Origin: Escherichia coli
Lineage (GTDB): Bacteria > Pseudomonadota > Gammaproteobacteria > Enterobacterales > Enterobacteriaceae
Reading direction: 5' to 3' (one strand)
Assembly: GCF_011045215.1 (NCBI RefSeq)
Contig: NZ_CP049201.1
Length of the DNA: 64,000 nucleotides
Within the stretch, counting starts at the first letter, position 1. Every line of letters starts with the position of its first letter. The position numbers were made by a program, and so were the translations under genes. This document shows positions 38,354 through 49,588 of the stretch, piece by piece. The notes under the pieces are model-generated. The model ran no database searches, was not told where the DNA came from, and worked only from the letters and a program-made list of their open reading frames with translations.

Positions 38354-38508
38354 TCTGACACTGAAATAGCAGAGAAATCTGTGCTCAGCCTGCAGTTAAT
38401 TCTGTACTGGTGGGCATCATAAAGCCGGACAGCCTTCCGGGTATAAATATTTCCGGAGGGCGTTAATCAAAGATATTCAGTTACTGAGAAGGAAAATAAA
38501 GGAAAGTC

Positions 38509-39752
38509 ATGGCAGGAAGAAAAAAAGATGATAATGCAGCGGGATTTGTTCTGATTTTAGTTTGCGTTATTCTCTGGGGGATTTATGTGGCGGTCAGGGC
38601 GCTGATAAATCTTAATGAGCGCTTTATTGATGCAGTATCGAATCCGGCAGGTATTATTGGTTTGTTTTTGGGTTTGCTTACTGTATTTGCAATTTTACTT
38701 CGTTTTTTTATTTACCGGAGACTCAGAAAGAAAACAGCAGCCTTTGAGCAGGCCGTTTCAGAGCTGGTTCAGAGAGAACGGGGTTTTAATGAAACTGTCA
38801 ATGCCGCGATAGCCCGGGGAATACGACAGGAAAAGGAGCAACTAGCCAGACGTCGTGAGGATTTCATACCGCCAGACAGAAGGCCAGCCGTGCAATGCAA
38901 CGGATTGTTGATTCCGCTTGGAAATTTAAGGCGAAGACTCTGCTGGCTGGTGTAACGATTAATAACTGGCAAAGCAAATATGACCAGCTTCGTAAGGAAA
39001 GAGAGGCTTACGCTGCTGTCAGTGAGAAAATTGCCTTTCTTAACCTGGAAGATAATTCTGACTGGGAGAGTGTCAGGCAACAGTTTCTGGACAAAGTGGC
39101 GTTGCTGGAAAAAGCGCAGGAAGAAAAGGAATATCAGGCAGAGCTTAAGCGTCAGATGCGTGAAGAAAAAGAGCGTCAGGATGAACTTGACCGGCGCCAG
39201 CGGGAAGCGGAAGAGGAAGAGCGGCGTCTTGCCGAGCAGCAGAAACTGATTGAAGAGGCGCTGCGTGCCGCAGAAGGGGCTCACAGGGAGGAGCTGGAGA
39301 AACAACGCCTGGCGCTGGAACAGAAAATTCAGGAAGCGCATGCGCAGTACGAACGTGCTAAATCCATGGCTCAGCTTACGAAACAGGGGCATGTTTATAT
39401 CATTTCGAATATTGGTTCGTTTGGTGAGGATGTCTTTAAAATTGGCATGACCCGACGGCTGGAACCCATGGACAGGGTCAAAGAGTTAAGTGGTGCTTCT
39501 GTTCCGTTTGATTTTGATGTTCACGCCATGATTTCCTGTGATGATGCGCCTGCGCTGGAAAAAACACTTCATGACAGTCTGGAAAAATACCGCATTAACA
39601 GGATTAACCTGCGTAAAGAATTTTTCCGCGTGAAGCTTGAGAAAATCATTAATGAAGTGGAGCGTCACCACGGGCAGGTGGAATATGTGGCTGACCCGGC
39701 GGCGCTGCAGTACCTGCAGAGTCTGGAGTGCGCGGAAAATGAAGCTGCCTGA
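38509..39752 (+). pseudogene. Membrane-anchored coiled-coil protein with C-terminal T5orf172/GIY-YIG-like domain (DUF4041-type), frameshifted as given
   Basis: ORF 38509..38955 (two TM helices then helical region) and ORF 38895..39752 (coiled coil then GHVYIISNIGSFGEDVFKIGMTRRLEPMDRVKEL...FDFDVHAMI) are adjacent, overlap, and lie in different frames; both frames read as natural protein up to the 38860..38900 interval. Confidence 0.6.
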
Positions 39753-39944
39753 CAATCAGTGTTCTGATTTTATTCCGGCCGGATATAACAGAAGGGATAT
39801 CTGCACATATCCTGCAGCATGGTTCACGGTATTCCGGTCATGTTAATGATTCTGTTTTTTATTTCTGAATAAAACGACACCCACGATATAACGTCGTGGG
39901 TGTCGGTGGTGATTATTTTTTTGTTCACAGATTAAGGTGCGTTT

Positions 39945-41732
<1,788 letters not shown>

Positions 41733-41797
41733 TACCGGATTATTTCTTTATTCCGGGCTTTCACCATACTGTTATTATCAGGTTTATTTAATTCGCC

Positions 41798-42103
41798 ATG
41801 AACCCGTTATTTAACGATATTCAGATGCGTCTTTTTTATCTGAACCACTCTCCGTACTCCTGGCACTGGAATGTCAGATTCAGACCTCAGGAAGCCGTAT
41901 ATATTGGCAACGATACCTGTCATATCACCATTACCTGTAATCAGTCAGGTTTTCATTTAACCCGGGACGGACAACGGCTGTTCACTGAGCGTTATATCAG
42001 AAACCTTAATGAGCTGTTACCGGTTCTGAAACGGCGGTGGGATGTGACACCGGCAATCATCCGTGCAGTGGAATACCTTTCCCGGGTCCCGGTATCACAC
42101 TGA
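41798..42103 (+). CDS. Hypothetical protein (101 aa)
   Basis: ORF only; no recognisable motif. Confidence 0.3.
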   Translation: MNPLFNDIQMRLFYLNHSPYSWHWNVRFRPQEAVYIGNDTCHITITCNQSGFHLTRDGQRLFTERYIRNLNELLPVLKRRWDVTPAIIRAVEYLSRVPVSH

Positions 42104-42157
42104 CATTCTTTCCGTAACTGTTAATCATGATTTAATACAGCAACACTGAATCTGCCG

Positions 42158-43522
42158 ATGACTTCTGAAGTGAAACTGAAAACCGGTGGTGACCCCCGGT
42201 CATTACCGGATTATACTGCCCTACGTGATGAAATCAGCAAACTGACCCACCCGGCACGCCCGGATGTGGACTGGCGTTATGTGGAAACACTCTGCCTGCG
42301 TCTGTATGAACACAATGGCGTGGAATTACAGACGGCATCCTGGTACACCATCGCCCGGATGCATACAGCAGGGTTAAGTGGCCTGAATGAAGGGCTGGCT
42401 CTGATTGTGGCGCTGACCCGGCATCACTGGTCAGTGATGTGGCCGCTGAATACCCACGCCCGGCTGGAAATTATTACCGGTCTGTTCAACCGTCTGCAAA
42501 AAACGCTCCGGGCCATGCCACCGGATAACCGTGACAACCTGCCTCAGCTGTATCAGACCGAAACATTCCTGAAGGTACTGAGTGACATATTTATCCGACA
42601 TGAGCTGAAGCAAAACAGCCGGCTGGTGTTACTGGAAAACATGGTGAAGGGATATATCATTCGTCTGGAGAATCAGCCTTTACAGGGGGATGATTCGTCC
42701 CCGGTAACGCTTCCTGCTCAGGCACTCCGGTCTGATGCACCGGATGTGCAGGAACATCAGACCCTGCCGCACTCCCGTCTGGTGTATATTGTTTCTGAAA
42801 CAAAAGCAGAACCCTCCCCCTCCCTTCAAAAGTCTTCACCCACGTTTCTGAAACCGTTTGTGGCTGGTGTCTGTGCGGCATTGCTGGCTGTCAGCATGGC
42901 CATTCCGGGATGGCAGTTTCTGACACAGCCATCACCGGCGGAGCAGCAACTCAGGGCGCTGCTGACCCCCCCACCGGATGTGCTTTCAGCAGACCAGATG
43001 ACACAGCTCAGCAGAATACCCTCACTGTTAAATCATGTGTCAGAGTGGATACCCCTTTCCGGTCAGCAGATAACGCGACTGACAGAACTACCGCCGGCAT
43101 ACAACCTGCAACGCAGTGCGCAGCTGCTGCAGCAACTGATGGTGCTTTTTCCCGATAATCCCCGTGTCCAGGAAATGGTGGATAACTGGCAGAAGAGTGT
43201 AATGAGCCGTGCGCTCCCGGAAGAGGCGATGACGGGCTGGAACGAAGGTATGACCCGCTTACAGCAGCTGGCTGAGCGCCTGAACCGTCTGGATGAACAG
43301 CGGGGAAAATACATAACGGTCAGTGAACTGAAAACGGAGGTGTTTGGCATCATGCAGGCTTTTAACCGGCATATCCCGGCAGAAGAGCAGTTACGTCGCT
43401 ATGGCGAAGCCCGCAACCAGAATGGCAGTGAACAGCAGCAAAAACAGGCTGAAATGGCGCTGAATCAGTTGATTAACCGTTATCAGATGGAACACACAGG
43501 CAATCAGGAGGGGCAGCCATAA
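42158..43522 (+). CDS. ImpA_N-domain protein (TssA-related, TagA/VasL-like) with internal TM helix
   Basis: 454 aa; N-terminal GGDPRSLPDYTALRDEISKL...PDVDWRYVETLCLRLYEHNGVELQTASWYTIARMHTAGLSGLNEGL matches the ImpA-related N-terminal domain; hydrophobic segment FVAGVCAALLAVSMAIPGW mid-protein. Confidence 0.65.
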   Translation: MTSEVKLKTGGDPRSLPDYTALRDEISKLTHPARPDVDWRYVETLCLRLYEHNGVELQTASWYTIARMHTAGLSGLNEGLALIVALTRHHWSVMWPLNTHARLEIITGLFNRLQKTLRAMPPDNRDNLPQLYQTETFLKVLSDIFIRHELKQNSRLVLLENMVKGYIIRLENQPLQGDDSSPVTLPAQALRSDAPDVQEHQTLPHSRLVYIVSETKAEPSPSLQKSSPTFLKPFVAGVCAALLAVSMAIPGWQFLTQPSPAEQQLRALLTPPPDVLSADQMTQLSRIPSLLNHVSEWIPLSGQQITRLTELPPAYNLQRSAQLLQQLMVLFPDNPRVQEMVDNWQKSVMSRALPEEAMTGWNEGMTRLQQLAERLNRLDEQRGKYITVSELKTEVFGIMQAFNRHIPAEEQLRRYGEARNQNGSEQQQKQAEMALNQLINRYQMEHTGNQEGQP

Positions 43523-43846
43523 TGGCTGATTAGATAGGGTAATGTAAAATAATGCAACAATAACGTTTACACAATAAGGTGTAAGCTGAAATTAACTCGT
43601 TCGTGGAATAACCTAATGAGTAAGGTTCTGCTACTTTGAGTTGGATAAGTTATATAGAACAGCAGTCCTGATAGTCAGAAAGAGTTTTTTCTGGGGTGTA
43701 TTTTTATAGGGTGTTAATCTGGTATTTAATTAAAAGACGGAGTTATTTATACTGACATATCAAATAAATAATTTTTAACGACTTTTCTATTTGGCTGATT
43801 GTTTTGCGTTCTTTTTATAAGGTGTTTTATTTTTAAAGGTTTTTTG

Positions 43847-45662
43847 ATGAGATTACATAGTCTTAAAATAAAAGGATTTAAACGTATCCAAACTGCAAGA
43901 GATAATATTTGGTGATACCACGTTTCTCATTGGTGCTAATAATGCCGGTAAAAGTTCTGTTCTGAAGGCCGTTGAATGGCTGCTTTCAGATAAAAAGAAG
44001 ATGGATATTGACTTTTTTTATTGTGAATCTGATGAATCACGTGAAAATAAAATAGCAACTGAGTCAATTGTACTCGAGGCTGAATTCAGAAATGTACCGG
44101 AAGAGGCATTGCAATGGAGAGGTTTTAGGGGGAGGATATTTGAATATAATGCTGGAAATAGTGGGGAAACGGGAAAGTCTCTGATTTACAGGAAAACATA
44201 TGAACCGGGGAATGATGTTGTTATTGAATTGAAATCTTTTTCAAGAAAATTGAATACACGATTTGAAACCGCAGTCAGAGCATCTGACTTGGTAGAAGCT
44301 GGTGCTGATGCCGAAATCATCACTGAGTATTTTCCAGATCAAGCTAAAAGATTTAATGCAGCTGACAAAGAAAAATTAAAACTCATTGATGAATTATGGG
44401 ATATTTCTGATGATGAAGAAGTTTGGGATAAAAACCCGGGGGGAATTGCAGGTGTTGTGTTATCCCGATTACCTGCTTTTCTATTAATACCAGCAGAATC
44501 AGCTTCTCATGAAATTGACACAAAAGCGGGAGCTTTGCAGAAAACGCTGAATGAACTATTCAAAGATGTTCGTGGCAATTCAGAAAATTATAGAAAGGCC
44601 CAGGAGTCTCTGAATGCGCTTGCGAAGGAATTAGATCCTGCAGATGAAACGTCAGAATTTGGTGTGATGATGGGAGAACTTAACAGTGTATTAAGCGGAG
44701 TTTTTCCAGAGTCAAAGATATATGCTACGGCTGATTTATCTGATCCTGATAATGTTCTCCTACCTTCATTTTCGGTTGAAATGTCGAGTAACATTAAAAC
44801 ATGTGTATCGAATCAAGGAACCGGAATGATTCGAGCAGCTGTATTTGGATTGTTGAGATTTCGGCAGCAATGGCTGAGAAAAAAAGGTAAGGATGATGCT
44901 GCTACCAGAAGTCTTATTATTGGATTTGAAGAACCAGAAATTTATTTACACCCTAGTGCAGCAAACCAGATGAGAGATTTGATTTATGAATTATCAGATG
45001 GACAGTCACAAATAATAGCGACAACACATTCACCTTATTTGATTGATTTGTCGAGAAAACCCCGACAGGTACTTAACCGATTCCATTATGATAATTCACA
45101 TACGACAGTCTACCCGCTCTCAGTGACAGAGAAATTTCTGGCCTTGCAGGATAATGATAAAGATCAGATAAAAATGCTGATTAAGCTGGATGATCATGTA
45201 TCAAGGATCTTTTTTACCCGAAAAGTTGTTGTTGTCGAGGGAGATACAGAGGAAGTCATTATCAAAGAAGCTATCCGCAGAATGCCAAAAGCAATGCGAA
45301 ATAAGTTGCTTGCATCAACAGAGCTGGTTAAAGCACGTGGCAAGGCTGCGATTATCGGCCTGGTGAAGTATCTTAGCGCGCTGGATGTTGATTTTTTTGT
45401 TATCCATGATCGTGATGGCGGAACTCCCGGTGCGGAGATCTTTAATGCGCCGATTGCTGCTGCTGTTGGGGATGCCAGCAAAGTTATCATGCTGGAAGAG
45501 TGTATTGAGGATCTGCTGGGGTACCCAGCTCCAAGTGGTGAAAAACCGTTTAAGGCGTATCAGGAAGCACAGCGCTGGGGAGATAACTGGAATGACGTGC
45601 CTGAACCATTAAGGAGAATACTGACTAGAGCTTTTTCCCCATTTATCGATTTGGCTGAATGA
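43847..45662 (+). pseudogene. OLD-family ATP-dependent endonuclease (ABC-type ATPase plus Toprim), N-terminal frameshift as given
   Basis: ATG at 43847 encodes MRLHSLKIKGFKRIQTARDNI then TGA at 43913; shifting frame at 43908..43913 gives FGDTTFLIGANNAGKSSVLKAVEWLL (Walker A) continuous with the 44001..45662 ORF; downstream TTHSPYLIDLS and Toprim-like VVVVEGDTEE...FFVIHDRDGG. Confidence 0.75.
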
Positions 45663-46077
45663 GCAAAAGGGAAAAACTCTGATAAGTAGAGAGTTGAAGA
45701 TGAGCGCTTGGTGCATTGCCAGCACTCTTTTGATTGAAGATCTTTATTTCAGTGAAAGTGGTGCCTGGTTTGCCTTGCCTAAACGTATCATAAAGTCGGC
45801 ACACCATACCTGATGCTGCTATGCGATGTTCCTGCTGGATGTGATGTCGGAAAGAAAGGCGGAATATTACTGCAATAAGGTAGCAGTCCATATCAGACGC
45901 GGGCCTTTCATGATGAACAGGAGAATAACTTGAGTTGCCGGGAATTGCCGCGGCCATACGACATAATCGGGCCAGAGGAAAACACCAGATGGCCTCAATA
46001 TCTGACATTGTCAGAGACCTTTCGCGGCTCGGCTGGACGGATGAACGCATTGGCACTGAGCGGGGCAAGTGCTAAGG

Positions 46078-46135
46078 CTGAAACAGATTAGCGGGCTGAC
46101 GGGCCTGTTTCAGGAAGAGGATTTCAGCCCGGCAT
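46078..46135 (+). repeat. Diverged copy of the gene tail seen at 1..74 (26-codon fragment)
   Basis: CTGAAACAGATTAGCGGGCTGACGG-CTGTTTCAGGAAGA--ATTTCAG shared with 3..53; reads ...LKQISGLTGLFQEEDFSPA then TAG; in-frame TGA just upstream, so not an intact gene. Confidence 0.5.
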
Positions 46136-46181
46136 AGACGCTTCGCTGATACTGTTATTGTTATTTCAGTGAGTTGATGTT

Positions 46182-46511
46182 TTGAGCAGGAAAAAGAGTA
46201 CCCTGGAAGTTGTGGAAGACAAGGTTGCACAGAAACTGGAGGCTGCAGGTTACTGGCGCAGAGCTTCTGCCCGCTGGTTATTTGTTATGGGCAATTTTGA
46301 ATGTACAGAAGCACAAGGGGAGTGGTTGTTGTTACGCAGGAATTATTGCCTGACGCAGATATCGTCCCCGCCGCTACCTGAAAAGCTGGATATCAGCGAA
46401 GTGGTAAAAGCTGCAGATGCCACGCTGAGGCGAATGGGGATTGCCAGCCCGTCCGGAGAGGTATTCAGAAAAGGTATATTGACCTGTAGATATTCAGATA
46501 ACAGGTATTGA
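46182..46511 (+). CDS. Small regulator-like protein, possibly PerC-family
   Basis: 109 aa; KLEAAGYWRRASARWLFVM...RRNYCL resembles the PerC-family pattern (from recall; low certainty). Confidence 0.4.
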   Translation: MSRKKSTLEVVEDKVAQKLEAAGYWRRASARWLFVMGNFECTEAQGEWLLLRRNYCLTQISSPPLPEKLDISEVVKAADATLRRMGIASPSGEVFRKGILTCRYSDNRY

Positions 46512-47128
46512 TGATGAATAAAGGAAGTATATCAATGACATGGCAGCTTTTATGCGATGAACATGGTTTTACCCGGGAACATTACAGTGAACTGAAGAAA
46601 TTCAGTCCGGAGGTATTACATGAAATTATTGTTGAAATGGCCTGCTGCCATCCATCAACCAGTGTATTGCTCAGGAATAAGTGGCTGACACCGCCGGAGG
46701 ATATTCTGGGGCAGGTTACCCGTGAATACGAACGAAGAATACAGAACTGTCCATCTTTCAGGAGCGAGAAGGAGGTGGAGTCCTGGTTAAATGAACTGTT
46801 TTTTGCTGTGATTGCTCCGCTATACCGTGTTGCTCCCGGACAAACAGAACAGGCTGAATCCTTTATTCTGCAGCTTATTGCGGAGCAGGTTTGGGGACTT
46901 ATTTTAACCAATGATGGTTATTCATGGCATTGTGCCCTTTATGACATGTTATTCTGTCTTGTTTTACGAAACACGAAAGGCCAGCCTGAATATCTGAGAA
47001 AACGAATAACGGAAATAATTAATGAATCTGATATAAGACTGACTGTAGACGAAATTGAATGCCAGATTCAGTATGTTCAGGATAATGAACAAAAGGTGGT
47101 TTTACGTGAGTTGATAAATAATTTGTAA
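46508..47128 (+). CDS. Hypothetical protein (206 aa)
   Basis: ORF overlapping the upstream stop; no recognisable motif. Confidence 0.4.
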   Translation: MMMNKGSISMTWQLLCDEHGFTREHYSELKKFSPEVLHEIIVEMACCHPSTSVLLRNKWLTPPEDILGQVTREYERRIQNCPSFRSEKEVESWLNELFFAVIAPLYRVAPGQTEQAESFILQLIAEQVWGLILTNDGYSWHCALYDMLFCLVLRNTKGQPEYLRKRITEIINESDIRLTVDEIECQIQYVQDNEQKVVLRELINNL

Positions 47129-47168
47129 TGGACGGGGCATACAATAATTCATGTAAGACCATGGAGAA

Positions 47169-47417
47169 ATGAAAGTGAATATGTTCCTTAAGTATCATGA
47201 TGTAATGTCCACCCTGAAAGGCCGACACCAACATTTTGACAGATTATACAGTCAGTATTGTTCGCTTGAACGCCAGATAGCCAGACTTGAAACTGATTTT
47301 GGAGGAGGATATTCCATGAAAGTCGTGATACTCAAACTTGAGAGACTTGATGTGAAACGGGAGTTACAGACGCTTCTTGAAGAAGAAGCAAAACACTTAA
47401 GGCAGGGACTTAAATAA
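47169..47417 (+). CDS. Hypothetical small protein (82 aa)
   Basis: ORF only. Confidence 0.3.
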   Translation: MKVNMFLKYHDVMSTLKGRHQHFDRLYSQYCSLERQIARLETDFGGGYSMKVVILKLERLDVKRELQTLLEEEAKHLRQGLK

Positions 47418-47450
47418 CGTTTTCTTAACAGGAAAAGCGAACTGTTCTTA

Positions 47451-48086
47451 TTGTCGGAGAATGTTATGCGTATTCCATCTTGCAAAGAACCCGGTGAAGG
47501 ACATGTAATACAGGCACTGCGTCAGGCGTATGCCGATAATCCCCGGATATTACCGGGAGACTTATGTGCAAAATTCGACGTATCTGTGTCAACAATGAAA
47601 CGCTGGCTGGCCATGCCAGAGAATGACGTTCAGGCGCTCGTTAATGAAGAAGTGCGGGATATGGCTACTGTTGATGAGGTTATTGAACATTTCTGTCCGA
47701 ACGGACGGGATATACCAGACACGCAGCGTAGATGGCGGCTGTATCAGATTATGCGTGCACTGGAGGACAAGGGCTGGAACAGGATAAAAATTGCCCGTTA
47801 TCTCGGGCTGAATCGGGGGACAGCCCGGTATTATCTTTCAATGTCCGAAGATGAAGTGCAGCGCATCCGGGATATTGCTGAAGGGCGACTGATTATCAAC
47901 GTACGGCGGACAAAAAAACCACTGAAGAAATCAGAACTTCTGGAAATTATTGATGCGCAGAACAAGCTACCAACAATAACACGACCACAGATTTGCGAAG
48001 TTACGGGCCTGAGTATGTCCCGGCTCATGCGGTATCTGGCGTTAAGTCCTGCAGACCGTGAGGCCCTGCTTACTGGTAATAAGTAG
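47451..48086 (+). CDS. Hypothetical DNA-binding protein (HTH-like segments)
   Basis: 211 aa; putative HTH segments CAKFDVSVSTMKRWL and IARYLGLNRGTARYYL. Confidence 0.4.
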   Translation: MSENVMRIPSCKEPGEGHVIQALRQAYADNPRILPGDLCAKFDVSVSTMKRWLAMPENDVQALVNEEVRDMATVDEVIEHFCPNGRDIPDTQRRWRLYQIMRALEDKGWNRIKIARYLGLNRGTARYYLSMSEDEVQRIRDIAEGRLIINVRRTKKPLKKSELLEIIDAQNKLPTITRPQICEVTGLSMSRLMRYLALSPADREALLTGNK

Positions 48087-48306
48087 CCCACAGATGACAA
48101 CCAGTACATTTACAATGTGTGGCGTTTCCGGAGGGTAATGATAAACCGCTTAATCTCCGGAGCGAGAAAACATCACGCTGACCATCTGATATTCATGGGG
48201 TGGGGAAAATCGTGCATTTTGGTTTTGTTAATTTCCGGGAGACAGGGCATTGATTTCCGGGGGAGATTAAACAAATCTTAATCAAAGAAACAGTTGGAGA
48301 TATGTC

Positions 48307-48555
48307 GTGATTTTTTTCATCAAGCTTTTAGTATGTTCCTGTATTTTTTGTGTATCTGCTTATTTTCTTGTCGGTGGAATGGTGTCGTTTATCATATGCA
48401 TTACGACAGGGAATTTTTTAATTCCGGACGGGCAGGTGGTGAGAAGTATTATATGGGGGTGTATTACGGGGGCGGTAATTACATTTATTGTAATGTTTTT
48501 TAATCTGATGGACAGACTCAGTTCCCGTAAAAAAACACGGTCAGATTATGAGTGA
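48307..48555 (+). CDS. Hypothetical small membrane protein
   Basis: 82 aa with two hydrophobic helices; AT-rich. Confidence 0.3.
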   Translation: MIFFIKLLVCSCIFCVSAYFLVGGMVSFIICITTGNFLIPDGQVVRSIIWGCITGAVITFIVMFFNLMDRLSSRKKTRSDYE

Positions 48556-48816
48556 AATTTCCGCTGGTATAACAAACAGGGTTATGGATATTCTCGTTTA
48601 TGTGGAACATTCAGTTTGTATCGGAACTGGTAAGAACCTGACAGTTACATTCCCAATGTTTTATGGGGCTTCGGGGATATATATAATAGTTTATTGATAC
48701 ATGTTCTGTAGTTATACTGCGTATTCCGCTCTATTCGATCACGGATTTGCATCGAAGTCCGATCAGCGATTCGCATACTTTCGATCAACCGGGAACTTAA
48801 CTTTTTCTACCGCTTT

Positions 48817-49572
48817 TTAACTCGTTTTTTCGATGCTTTCCACTACCGGGGGGTTTTTCCTCAGGGACTCTCCCTGAAGGACCAGTCTGTGTGAGTTATG
48901 TACCAGTCTGTCCAGGATGGCATCTGCTGTTGTTGGGTTCTCCATCAGACCATGCCATTTATCTACCGGGAACTGGCTTACCACTATCGTGCTGCTTTGA
49001 CCGTAACGATCTTCTATGAGCTCCAGAAGGTCATTACACTGGGCGTTACTTAACTGTTCCAGCCCCAGATCGTCCAGGATTAGAACCTGTATTTTTTGCA
49101 ACTGTTTCAGATATTTCAGCCAGCTGCCATCAACACGTCCCTGAGCCAGTTGTTCCAGTAATCGCCCGGTTCTACAGTACCGGACGCTGTGTTTCTGTCG
49201 ACATGCCTGTTCGCCCAGCGCATTGGCTATCCAGCTCTTGCCACATCCTGTCGGACCGGTTATCAGCAGGTTTTTCCTGTGGGTTATGTAGTGGCCGTTC
49301 AGCAGTTCCCTCATCTGTTCAGCCCGCAGACCTCTTGAGGCCGGATAGCGCAGCCCTTCCGGTGTTGCCTGATATTTCAGGCCGGCATTTTTTCTCAACC
49401 GTGCCACACGGCTGTTTTCCCTGCTCAGAAGCTCGTCATCAACCAGCAGCGTCAGCCTTTCCTCGAACGACAGTTCGTCGTAGGTCTGAGGCGTTTCCCG
49501 CTGCCGTATCAGGCTCCCGGCCATCGCCGGGAGTTTCAGTTGGGTCAGTTTGTTTAACAGATTATCACTCAT
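48817..49572 (-). CDS. istB: IS21 helper ATPase IstB
   Basis: Start at ATG giving MSDNLLNKLTQ; Walker A GPTGCGKS and Walker B VLILDDLG; the ORF-track N-terminal extension is judged spurious. Confidence 0.85.
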   Translation of the reverse strand: MSDNLLNKLTQLKLPAMAGSLIRQRETPQTYDELSFEERLTLLVDDELLSRENSRVARLRKNAGLKYQATPEGLRYPASRGLRAEQMRELLNGHYITHRKNLLITGPTGCGKSWIANALGEQACRQKHSVRYCRTGRLLEQLAQGRVDGSWLKYLKQLQKIQVLILDDLGLEQLSNAQCNDLLELIEDRYGQSSTIVVSQFPVDKWHGLMENPTTADAILDRLVHNSHRLVLQGESLRKNPPVVESIEKTS

Positions 49573-49588
49573 TCGGTTGTTCCTTCTG

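Noticed and set aside
38769-39392. 207-aa minus-strand ORF
   Set aside because: Antisense to the coiled-coil region of the T5orf172 gene; Leu/Phe-rich mirror-image composition of a Glu/Lys-rich coding strand.
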